Of a stretch of DNA of 64,000 nt, positions 10,201 through 21,507 are shown in pieces. Where the stretch lies: NCBI GenBank assembly GCA_002269645.1, contig NIVC01000337.1, positions 743,207 to 807,206 on the forward strand, in the 5' to 3' direction. Under the pieces are notes generated by a model. The model searched no databases. It was not told where the DNA came from and was given only the letters and a program-made list of their open reading frames with translations. Source of the DNA: Macrostomum lignano. Lineage: Eukaryota. Each line of letters begins with the position of its first letter. Position 1 is the stretch's first letter. A program made the position numbers and the translations under genes.

Positions 10201-13200
10201 GACAGACCCTTGGTTGAGTCGGGTGTGACAGACCCTTGGTTGAGTCGGGTGTGACAGACCCTTGGTTGAGTCGGGTGTGACAGACCCTTGGTTGAGTCGG
10301 GTGTTGACAGACCCTTGGTTGAGTCGGGTGTGACAGACCCTTGGTTGAGTCGGGTGTGACAGACCTTTGGTTGAGTCGGGTGTGACAGATCCTTGGTTGA
10401 GTCGGGTGTGACAGACCTTTGGTTGAGTCGGGTGTGACAGATCCTTGGTTGAGTCGGGTGTGACAGATCCTTGGTTGGGTCGGGTGTGACAGACCCTTGG
10501 TTGAGTCGGGTGTGACAGAACCTTGGTTGAGTCGGGTGTGACAGACCCTTGGTTAAGTCGGGTGTGACAGACCCTTGGTTGAGTCGGGTGTGACAGACCC
10601 TTGGTTGAGTCGGGTGTGACAGACCCTTGGTTGAGTCGGGTGTGACAGACCCTTGGTTGAGTCGGGTGTGACAGATCCTTGGTTGAGTCGGGTGTGACAG
10701 ACTTTTGGATGACAGTCGGTTGTGACAGATCCTTAAGTGACAGTCAATAAGCTAACCCAGATCCCCAGTTTACCAGATCATTACCTGATCGTGCTGGTGC
10801 GTGATGTGGCGCAGGGCGCACACAACGGGCTCAGTGACCTCTTCGCGGTCCTGGGCGGCGCACAGAGTCTGGGTGAGCGCCACGGCGCCATTGGAGCCAG
10901 TCACTACGGCTTTGTTGTGCGGATTCCAGCAGGTCAAATTGCAGAGAATCCCAGCGGCGCAGATCACGTAGTCCATGTCCTGGGAGCCGAGCAGGTCGAC
11001 CAAGTCGCGGAGCAGCTGGTCCATGTCGCGCAGGTGATAGGCCTGCGGAGTGTTTAGGTGAGGCATGTTGTATCGAAATAAACAGGGAATCGCTCAGATG
11101 TCAGAGGGCTCATAGGGAATCACTCAGATGTCAGACGGCTCATAGGGAATCGCTCAGATGTCAGAGGGCTCATAGGGAATCGCTCAGATGTCAGAGGGCT
11201 CATAGGGAATCGCTCAGATGTCAGAGGGATCATAGGGAATCGCTCAGATGTCAGAGGGATCATAGGGAATCACTCAGATGTCAGAGGGCTCATAGGGAAT
11301 CACTCAGATGTCAGAGGGCTCATAGGGAATCGCTCAGGTGTCAGAGGGCTAATGGGAAATCGCTCAGATGTCAGAGGGCTAATGGGAAATCGCTCAGATG
11401 TCAGAGGGCTAATGGGAAATCACTCAGATGTCAGAGGGCTCATAGGGAATCGCTCAGATGTCAGAGGGCTCATAGGGAATCGCTCAGATGTCAGAGGGCT
11501 AATGGGAAATCGCTCAGATGTCAGAGAGCTCAAATGCTTTAAAATCGTTACAAAATACTCGAATACCCTCGTAATAAACAATGAAGTAAAACACTACCTG
11601 GTCGCTCAGATTGCGCAGAGTCCACAGCACGTTGATGACGAGGCGGCCAGATTCGGAGCGCAGGTGCCGGCCAAGAGCGTTCATGCCGCCCGACTCAACT
11701 ATGACGGGCTTGTTGCTGGAGCAGACGGACAGGACCTTGAGCAGGCGAGCTGTCACAAACAGAAGCTTCTCATAGTTGGCGCGGCGAAGAATGTCAACTA
11801 GTTCGACCGTGCCGCCCGACTTCAGGATCAACAGCTTCGTCTCCTCGTTGCCTGGCGGATGAGGCAGAGGGGAGGCATGCGGAACTACTATCTTTAAACC
11901 CTAAGACTTACAGAGGACACTACACGGAGCTAAAGTGGACACCGCTATCTACCTCTCGGATCTACCAACAGTGGACGCCGCTATCTACCTCTCGGACCTA
12001 CCAACAGTGGACGCCGCTATCTACCTCTCGGACCTACCAACAGTGGACGCCGCTATCTACCTCTCGGACCTACCAACAGTGGACACCGCTATCTATCCCA
12101 CGGACCTACCAACAGTGGACACCGCTATCTATACCACGGACCTACCAACAGCTACCTTCATTGAGTTTTAACATTCCAAATTACTTACCAAAAGCAACCA
12201 GCTGCAGGCAGTCGACCAGCAGAGCCAGAAATCGAATGTCGCCATGACGCAACAGGCGCGTTATCACAACAACGCCGTCGCAGGCGCGCAGTTCGGCTCG
12301 GGCCTCTTCAACACACAGCAGAATGGCGCGCAGACAGGTGATAGAATAGAACAACACGCGATCGTCACCCTGGCCAAGCAGGTGGACCAGCAGCGGCACG
12401 GCCCGCTCCCGGCACTGGAAGATGCACACGCAGCCCTGCTCGGAGCGGCTGATGTGACACAGGGCGCCAATGCAGGTGCGTAGCATGTCGGCGTTGGACG
12501 GGCGAGCGGCCGCAGCCAGCAGGCACTCGATCAGGTCCAGCTGGGTGGCGAATGCCAGGCGGCAGGCCTGCGGGTCGAGTAGGGATGAGCAATAATTCGG
12601 GTGATTAAGAAGGCTAAGAGGACGGTTAGTCCTAGCTGAGGGATTTTTCATGGGAGCGGAGTAGCTGAGGGGCGGATTCTTCATGGGAGCGGAGTAGCTG
12701 AGGGGCGGATTCTTCATGGGAGCGGAGTAGCTGAGGGGCGGATTCTTCATGGGAGCGGAGTAGCTGAGGGGCGGATTCTTCATGGGAGCGGAGTAGCTGA
12801 GGGGCGGATTCTTCATGGGAGCGGAGTAGCTGAGGGGCGGATTCTTCATGGGAGCGGAGTAGCTGAGGGGCGGATTCTTCATGGGAGCGGAGTAGCTGAG
12901 GGGCGGATTCTTCATGGGAGCGGAGTAGCTGAGGGGCGGATTCTTGATGGGAGCGGAGTAGCTGAGGGGCGGATTCTTCATGGGAGCGGAGTAGCTGAGG
13001 GGAGCGGAGTAGCTGAGGGGCAGATTCTTCATGGAGCGGAGTAGCTGAGGGCGGATTCTTCATGGAGCGGAGTAGCTGAGGGGCGATTCTTGATGAGAAG
13101 TAGCTGAGGGGCGATTCTTCATGAGAACCCAGTAGTGAGGGGCAGATTCTTCATGAGAACCCAGTAGTGGAGGGGCAGATTCTTCATGAGAACCCAGTAG

Positions 13201-14332
13201 TGGAGGGGCAGATTCTTCATGAGAACCCAGTAGTGGAGGGGCAGATTCTTCATGAGAACCCAGTAGTGGAGGGGCAGATTCTTTATGAGAACCCAGTAGC
13301 GGAAAGGCAGATTCTTTATGAGGACCCAGTAGCTGAGGGGCAGATTCTTTATGAGGATCCAGTAGCTGAGGGGCAGATTCTTTATGAGGACCCAGTAGCT
13401 GAGGGGCAGATTCTTCATGAGAACCCAGTAGCGGAGGGGCAGATTCTTCATGGTAGCGGAGTAGTCAAATGGAGGATTATCAATGGGGAAGCGGAGTTGT
13501 CAAAGGGAGGATTATCAATGGGAAGCGGAGTTGCAAAGGGAGGAATATCAATGGGGAAGCGGAGTCGTCAAAGGGAGGATTATCAATGGGGAAGCGGAGT
13601 AGTCAAATGGAGGAATATCAATGGGGAAGCGGAGTAGTCAAGGGGAGGAATATCAATGGGGAAGCGGAGTAGTCAAGGGGAGGAATATCAATGGGGAAGC
13701 GGAGTAGTCAAGGGGAGGATTATCAATGGGGAAGCGGTGTAGTCATGTGGAGGATTATCAATGATGAAGCGGTGTAGCTGAGGGCCAGAAAAACCCAAAA
13801 GCAGAACAGCACAGCAGGCACCCACCTGCTTCTTGCACAGCAGCAGAATGAGAGTAGCGGCCCGCATGCTGACGGTCTGGTCGCTGTCGCGCATCAGCCG
13901 GCAGAGCTCGACAGCGGCGTGGGCGGCAACGTCGGCGTCCTCCTGATAGTTGATAACGTTGACCACCGCGGTTTTGAGAGTGCGGGCCGGCTCGGCCAGG
14001 CGCTGCACGGCAGTGAAATCGCCGCTCGCTCCGCCCGACAGAGTCAGCCGGCCGAGGGTGGCGTCGCCGGCCAAGGCGGAGTCGGCCGTCTCCGGGAACA
14101 GGGCATCGCGGATGCGGCCGGCCCGGGTCTGGTGAATCCGGCGGCTCAGTGAGTCCAGAGTGCGGCTGCCGTGCTGCACCTGCTGCTGCTGCTCGAACTG
14201 CAGCTGCTGGCCGTCAGTCCGGTCCGACCAGGGCAGCTCAAAGCTCAGCTCGGGCGCCTCTTCGCGCTGCTGGCGAGTCGAGGTGCGCGAAGTAGTAGTG
14301 GTGGTGTACTGGCGAACTTCATAGGATGCCAT
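7286..14332 (-). CDS. CTNNB1-like: Beta-catenin/armadillo family protein, divergent paralog, 746 aa
   Basis: Exons 14332-13826, 12567-12189, 11851-11598, 11042-10785, 10159-9415, 7383-7286; phases 0,1,0,0,1 all consistent; 2241 nt. Family motifs: [124 protein letters not shown]. The last exon is the least certain; exon 5 alternatively reads to a TAG at 9410. Confidence 0.93.
7660..8275. repeat. AT-rich minisatellite, about 59-bp unit made of two related halves (AGAAACAAAG...)
   Basis: About 10 copies in the last catenin intron. Confidence 0.92.
10190..10735. repeat. Intronic minisatellite, 26-bp unit GACAGACCCTTGGTTGAGTCGGGTGT
   Basis: About 20 copies. Confidence 0.96.
11085..11530. repeat. 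Intronic minisatellite, 30/31-bp unit CATAGGGAATCGCTCAGATGTCAGAGGGCT
   Basis: About 14 copies. Confidence 0.96.
11935..12150. repeat. Intronic minisatellite, 36-bp unit GTGGACGCCGCTATCTACCTCTCGGACCTACCAACA
   Basis: 6 copies. Confidence 0.95.
12635..13760. repeat. Compound intronic minisatellite (33-bp, 33-bp and about 35-bp related subarrays)
   Basis: Three successive unit types sharing GGAGTAG / GAGGGG..GATT motifs. Confidence 0.95.
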
Positions 14333-14333
14333 G

Positions 14334-14352
14334 CTGTTGTGTTAGCTTTTTA
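14334..14352 (-). promoter_or_regulatory. Branch point and 3' splice acceptor 1 nt upstream of the catenin ATG
   Basis: Minus strand AAAGCTAACACAACAG|C ATG with a CTAAC branch motif. Confidence 0.55.
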
Positions 14353-15058
14353 ATAATTAGCTGCTCATCAAAATGAGTTTATATAGGTAGGTTTTTATGT
14401 AAAATCCAACACTTGTAGCTAAAATCTGTAAGTTTTTTAATGGCCAAAGCGTGTATTACCCTAGCGATTTCTTTGTAGATCAAAATGTTAGATTCTATAT
14501 AAGGCCTTGAGTTGAGTTATTTTCTTACAAAAATATTAACAGAACTTTGCCAAAATACTTTGCAATGATAATGCCTAAGATATATAGGGCATAGGCCTAA
14601 ATTGATGCTGGCCCTATAGGAATACAATTTGAGATCCTGATAAGATATTGAAGATATTCATTTTGAAGCACAGCATTAAATATAACAAATTTTGTAGTAG
14701 TTGAACACTATCTGCACAATTATTCTTATAGAAGATGCTAGCAATGAGAGATACCAGGTCTATTAGTTGAAAAAGCATTATAAAAAGTTCAAGTATATAA
14801 TTTTTCTTTTTTCTTTTTTAGACTATAATTATTGTTGCTTATAAATGCTTTATATTTATAAGTTTGTCAAACATTTTCCAAAAACCTATTTTACAAAAAA
14901 CTACTAATATCATTTTTTGAAAAAAGAAACATTTCAAAAGCATTCAAATTTTAAATAAATATACTTTGCCATTATTAGCATACTTAAACTTATTAAGCAA
15001 AGAATTTTCTTCACTATTTAATTCTTGCATTTAATTTTATTTTTATATATAGTTTGTA

Positions 15059-15095
15059 CTAGCAATCTAGTGCGGCCCCCTTCGGGGCGCCCAAT
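15059..15095 (-). mobile_element. Probable Helitron 3' terminus
   Basis: Minus strand GC-rich hairpin GCGCCCCGAAGGGGGCCGC followed about 13 nt later by CTAG|T. The 5' end was not identified. Confidence 0.4.
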
Positions 15096-15369
15096 AAGAA
15101 AGGAGCAAAAATAGTTCATGGAAAACAATAAAAAAACACATTTTCTTAAACACTAATTCCTTCTTCACATTTTAAAAATCACCTTATTCGTGTAAAATTG
15201 TCACGGACTAAGATGTTTGCAAAATTAAAAAATCACTTTTTCTCTAAAATTAACAAACAGTCAACAAAATATCGTTTCACTAAATAGAAAATATTCCCAA
15301 GACAGCAAGCAACCCTCTCCAAAAGTGAACAATCGCAGATAGCAAGCATCCTCTAATGCTCATAGCAAG

Positions 15370-15735
15370 AATCACCACAGATAGCAAGCATCTGCAGATT
15401 AGCAAGCACCCCCCAGATATTATAGAAGCATCCACCCAGATAGCAAGCATCCACTCAGATAGCAAGCATTCTGCAGATATCAAGCACCCCCAGATATTAT
15501 AGAAGCATCCTGCAGATAGCAAGCACCCCCAGATATTATAGAAGCATCCACCCAGATAGCAAGCATCCTGCAGATAGCAAGAATCCCTAAATAGCAAGCA
15601 TCCTGCAGATAGCAAGAATCCCTGAATAGCAAGCATCCCTGGATAGAAAGAATCCCATGCATGTAGCCAGTACCCCTCTCCCAAATAGCAAGTATCCCCC
15701 TCGAGAGCAAGCATCCACGAGACAGCAAGTAGCTA
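15370..15735. repeat. Imperfect tandem repeat built on GATAGCAAGCATCC
   Basis: Irregular units of about 17-25 bp. Confidence 0.8.
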
Positions 15736-15849
15736 GTGCAAATGTTACTTCCGCTAATGCAATAATCGCTTTCTCAGGTTGTGCAACAATCCACGTCTCA
15801 GCAAGCGCAATAATCTCTTTTTTAGACAGCGCAGTAATCAGCTTCTCAG

Positions 15850-18160
15850 CTAGTGCAATAATCCTTGGTTTATTAATAGCAATAATCCTTGATTAATCAA
15901 GTGCAATAATCCTTGGTTTATCAAGTGCAATAATCCTTGGTTTATCAAGTGCAGTAATCTTTGGCTTATAAAGTGCAATAATCCTTGGTTTATCAAGTGC
16001 AATAATCCTTTGTTTATCAAGTGCAATAATCCTTGGTTTATCAAGTGCAATAATCCTTGGTTTATTAAGTGCAATAATCCTTGGTTTATCAAGTGCAATA
16101 ATCCTTGGTTTATCTAGCGCAGTAATCCTTGGCTTATCAGGTGCAATAATCCTTGGTTTATCAAGTGCAATATTTGTTTATCAAGTGCAATAATCCTTGG
16201 TTTATCAAGTGAAATAATCCTTGGTTTATCAAGTGCAATAATCCTTGGCTTATCAACTGCAATAATCCTTGGTTTATCAAGCGCAGTAATCTTTGGCCTA
16301 TCAAGTGCAATAATCCTTGGTTTATCAAGCGCAGTAATCCTTGGCCTATCAAGTGCAATAATCCTTGGTTTATCAAGTGCAATAATCCTTGGTTTATCAA
16401 GTGCAATAATCCTTGGTTTATCAAGTGCAATAATCCTTGGCTTATCAACTGCAATAATCCTTGGTTTATCAAGTGCAATAGTCCTTGGTTTATCAAGCGC
16501 AGTAATCCTTGGCCTATCAAGTGCAATAATCCTTGGCTTATCAAGTGCAATAATCCTTGGTTTATCAAGTGCAATAATCCTTGGTTTATCAAGTGCAGTA
16601 ATCCTTGGCCTATCAAGTGCAATAATCCTTGGTTTGCCAAGAGCAATAATCCTTAGTTTATCGAGTGCAGTAATCCTTAGTTTTCCAAGTGCAGTAATCC
16701 TTGGTTTATTAAGAGCAATAATCCTTGGCTTATCGAGTGCAGTAATCCTTGGTTTGCCAAGAGCAATAATCCTTGGTTTATCAAGTGCAATAATCCTTGG
16801 TTTATCAAGTGCAATAATCCTTGGTTTATCAAGTGCAATAATCCTTGGTTTATCAGATGCAATAATCCTTGGCTTATCAACTGCAATAATCTTGGTTTAT
16901 CAGATGCAATAATCCTTGGCTTATCAACTGCAATAATCCTTGGTTTATCAAGTGCAATAATCCTTGGTTTATCAAGCGCAGTAATCTTTGGCCTATCAAG
17001 TGCAATAATCCTTGGTTTATCAAGTGCAATAATCCTTGGTTTATCAAGTGCAATAATCTTTGGTTTATCAGATGCAATAATCCTTGGCTTATCAACTGCA
17101 ATAATCCTTGGTTTATCAAGTGCAATAATCCTTGGCTTATCAAGTGCAATAATCCTTGTTTTATCAAGCGCAGTAATCTTTGGCCTATCAAGTGCAATAA
17201 TCCTTGGTTTATCAAGTGCAGTAATCCTTGGCCTATCAAGTGCAATAATCCTTGGTTTATCAAGTGCAATAGTCTTTGGTTTATCGAGTGCAGTAATCCT
17301 TAGTTTTCCAAGTGCAGTAATCCTTGGTTTATTAAGAGCAATAATCCTTGGTTTATCGAGTGCAGTAGTCCTTGGTTTATTAATATCAATAATCCTTGAA
17401 TAATCCAGTGCATTAATCCTTGGCTTATCAAGTGCAACATTCTTTACTATCAAGTGCAATAATCCATGGCTTATCAAGTGCAATAATCCTTGGCTTATCA
17501 AGTGCAATAATCCTTGGTTTATCAAGTGCAATAATCCTTTGTTTATCAAGTGCAATAATCCTTTGTTTATCAAGTGCAATAATCCTTGGTTTATCAAGCG
17601 CAGTAATCCTTGGCTTATCAAGTGCAATAATCCTTGGTTTATCAAGTGCAATAATCCTTGGTTTATCAAGCGCAGTAATCTTTGGCCTATCAAGTGCAAT
17701 AGTCCTTGGTTTATTGAGTGCAGTAATCCTTGGTTTTCCAAGTGCAATAATCCTTGGCTTCTTGAGTGCAGTAATCCTTGGTTTGCCAAGAGCAATAGTC
17801 CTTGGTTTATCGAGTGCAGTAATCCTTGGTTTTCCAAGTGCAGTAATCCTTGGTTTATTAATAGCAATAATCCTTGGCTTCTTGAGTGCAGTAATCCTTG
17901 GTTTGCCAAGAGCAATAGTCCTTGGTTTATCGAGTGCATTAATCCTTGGTTTTCCAAGTGCAATAATTCTTGGCTTCTTGAGTGCAGTAATCCTTGGTTT
18001 GCCAAGAGCAATAGTCCTTGGTTTATCGAGTGCAGTAATCCTTGGTTTTCCAAGTGCCGTAATCCTTGGTTTATTAATAGCAATAATCCTTGATTAATCA
18101 AGTGCAGTAATCTTTGGTTTGCCAAGAGCAATAGTCCTTGGTTTATCGAGTGCAGTAATC
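15850..18160. repeat. Minisatellite, 24-bp unit ATCAAGTGCAATAATCCTTGGTTT, about 2.3 kb
   Basis: About 95 copies; source of the LHLINQGL / SSAIILGL pseudo-ORFs. Confidence 0.97.
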
Positions 18161-18227
18161 TAAGTGTTTTTATTTAGTCCTTTAATAAAACCTTTTAATA
18201 AAAAATTTTACACTACTACTTTTAAAC

Positions 18228-18292
18228 TACTTAGATTCGAACCTAGGTCGCTGCATTAGCAGTCTGGTCTGTTCAGCTCTAGGCTAGCTCTC
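18228..18292 (-). other. tRNA-like (SINE-head-like) fragment
   Basis: Minus strand TAGCCTAG..GACTGCTAATGC..GACCTAGGTTCGAATC with a B box and a GCT anticodon-like loop; the acceptor stem does not pair. Confidence 0.4.
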
Positions 18293-18724
18293 ATCGAAGT
18301 TATCAGTGATGTTGTACCACTTATATAATTCAACACTCACACCAAGTCAGGTAGAGTAAAAAGTCTCACGAAGCAGTTATGACATAATCAATTTCTTAGG
18401 CAAGTCAGTACCAGTGTCTATGAAAGTTTACAATATGGTTACGTAATATAAATTCAGTACTGCGCTATGCTTTCACACTCAAAGCTGTGACGCAATTCAA
18501 TTGAGTGTCAAATTCAGCCAGTACACAGACGATAAATAAAGTGTATTGTGATGCAATCTATTTCAGAATCAGAATTCAACCAGTCAGTTTTTCTGCTAGC
18601 ATTCTTACGATGCATTTCAAGTCAAAAGAGCTGCTTGACCTTTGCAAAAAAGCATGTTTTTCGAATATTTAATCCCTTTAGCATCAAGCAATTTCTTAGC
18701 CACGATGCATGTACTGTCATGGGA

Positions 18725-18840
18725 AAATTTCTGATCGAACAGTGCAAGTTTGAAGAAAATTGGTTGAGCCGTTTTTGCTAAAATCAATCACACACACACA
18801 CATACACACACACACATACCGACAGACCATTTTTAGTATA
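18725..18840 (+). mobile_element. Fragment resembling a non-autonomous Helitron/DINE-like element end
   Basis: AAGTTTGAAGAAAATTGGTTGAGCCGTTTT followed by a (CA)n tract and GACAGAC, a layout I recall from such elements; not verified. Confidence 0.3.
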
Positions 18841-21507
18841 TTGGATTTTTAGGGAAAAACAAAATTCATTTTTATTCTTAGGCCCTAACCATTTTCTTTT
18901 TTCCCTTTTTAATTGGCTTATTAGACTATTTACCAATAAATTTTTACATAATTAAACTATTTTTAAAAAAGACAATAAATATTAATATATTTATTCTAAA
19001 AATTATATACTAAGGATCTATCAGCTATTATGGTCTAGAAGAAGGCATGTATGCCCAAAATTTCTAGGGTATACTCAAGAAATTTTGTATATATATTGAT
19101 ATTCAAAAGTGATTTTAGGCTTTTGGTATAAATGTTTAATATTTTGGTATGTTACATATACCAAAAAATACATTATTTCTACATATAAAATTCAATCATT
19201 AATATTTACAATAGTTTTCTATGTATTATAATTGCAAAATTTGATAACTATTAAAGCAAAACTGATTTCCATGTTTTTTAAAAGGTAATGATTTAAAATT
19301 TCAACAATTTCATCTTTAAATATATGAAACATTATATAAATATATTTATTATTTTCTGTTATTAACTTTATCTAATTGAAATTAAATATCAAAATTATTA
19401 ATCAAGTAATACTATTACAAAATTGATTTTTTGAAGCTTTAGGCATATATAAATTATATAATATTATATATTTGGCATATATTAGTATAGGCCTATACCA
19501 AAAAATATATATTTTTTCCTGGGGTACATATAGACTATTCCAAACTATGGACTTATAGATAGGCCTATATGCCAAAAATTCTAGCATATAAGACATGATC
19601 TAAGTGTATTTAAGGTTAACTTGTATTATTTAGATTAGATTAGTAAAGATTAGCCAAAAATTTATCTAGGCTTATACTTAGACTCTACTTATTAATATTA
19701 GGGCCTATCACTTTAAAATTAAAGCAAAAAATGTTTGTTAGGCTTTGAAGATAAAAATAAATGAACTATAAAATTTTATGAATTTGATAGGCTAATGTAA
19801 TGATAGGCTGCTAGACTAATCTAATTTAATGATAAATTATAAGTTTTGTCAGTTGCTTAAAAAGTCTCTAAAAATTATATAAAATTCAAAAGATATTTTA
19901 ATATTAAGCAATAGAACTGATTTAAAATAGGCCTACTATAATACAAAACAATTATGACTTATCACATTTATGATTCATAATAATAGTAGGCCCTAATATA
20001 TTTAAAGATAACTTTTCTATTTTCTATATCAGTTGGTTTTATTATTTATGCAGTAGGATTTTTCGTAGGTATGTATAGTCTACTTTACTGTATTATACAG
20101 ATCATAGACTATAGCATTTAGACTTAGGCCTAGTGTTTACATTGACTAGTCGGCTAGGCCTAGGTCCTATTGTTAATTGAGCATACTCAAACTGACTGAT
20201 ATAATTGCTAGTACATTAGCCATAGCACGTCGTAATTAGATGATAATGCAAACAGTAAAAATGAAAAGCCAACTTTATAACTTTAAAATTTATTCCACAG
20301 TGTTGTTTAAATTTTTATCCCCAAAAACTTTACAGTATACGTTTAACACAAGTAAACGGAAGGAAGAATGAAGCGAAAAAAAACAAGAAAAAATAGGAAT
20401 TTTAAAAATACAAAAATGAGTTTTAACAAAAGCTTATTAGATTATCATTTATTTAAAATTCAACAGAAATGAGCTTTGACGCATGAATTCACTTTGGAAA
20501 AATGGTAGATTGCTATTTTATTATTTATCTCTTATTGCTCCTTTACCAATTTTGGATTCATGCTAAGCATAGTCATTGCTCTTGGGCGGCACCCTGCAAA
20601 ACAAGTTTCTCTACCTAACAATACCTCGCGGGCTCATGATCAACACAAAGTTAAAACAGACTTCGGGTTCTATGTACATCGTATGATCGGTCACAGCGCA
20701 AGCTGTACATGTACAAGAGTGATCTTCAAACCCTGAATAGTCTTGCTAGATCGAATGCATGAAAAAATATAAAAATAAAAAAGAATAAAAATATTCTTTT
20801 TAGATTGCCTTAACATTAGGACCATTGGTTTTGAATATTCCAGGAAAAAATGATAAGTGCATCCAAGCCTTTCACTTTTAAAATAGATTTACACAGCTTC
20901 ATTCACCTAACAGCTTTTAAATACGTGTACATGCATACACTGTACTCTTACTTGTTACATATGTACTTGCGTACATGCACATAATGTATGGCCCATAGGT
21001 TCGTACTTTTGAACAATCATTTTAAGTGCCAGCTTGTGCTTTGTTTCCTCCTCATTGAATAGCGCTGAAATCTGCATCTCAGCCCGTCTGCATTTAGAAT
21101 TGTACAGAAAATAAAATAAAAGAATTAGCACGCAATGAAGTTTTTTCTGTCGAAGTTGAAAACAAAGAAAAGGCTGACTTAAAATTAAACCTGAATAACA
21201 TTTTATTTCTTGACCGTCTGTATGGAATGCATTTCGCACAAAAGGAAATATTTATTCTGCTGCTAGCTGCTCTGCAGGAGCAAGGAGCAGTGCAGTGCAG
21301 GCTTGATTTGTCCCTACAGGCGGCGTTTTTCATAACTTTGGCCAAGAATTTCGTGTGCGGCCGTGCACCTCCTATGTGAATTGCAAAATCAAGCAGACCG
21401 AATTGTTGGAGCGCTCTCTATATACATCGGAATGGGAGGGTAACTAAAACGGAAATGATTAAGTGCGAATGCGATCTAGCGTGTTCCAGTCTCGGGACGT
21501 TGGCAAT

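Noticed and set aside
18228-18292. Possible tRNA-Ser(GCT) gene
   Set aside because: No acceptor stem or long variable arm; kept only as a tRNA-like fragment.
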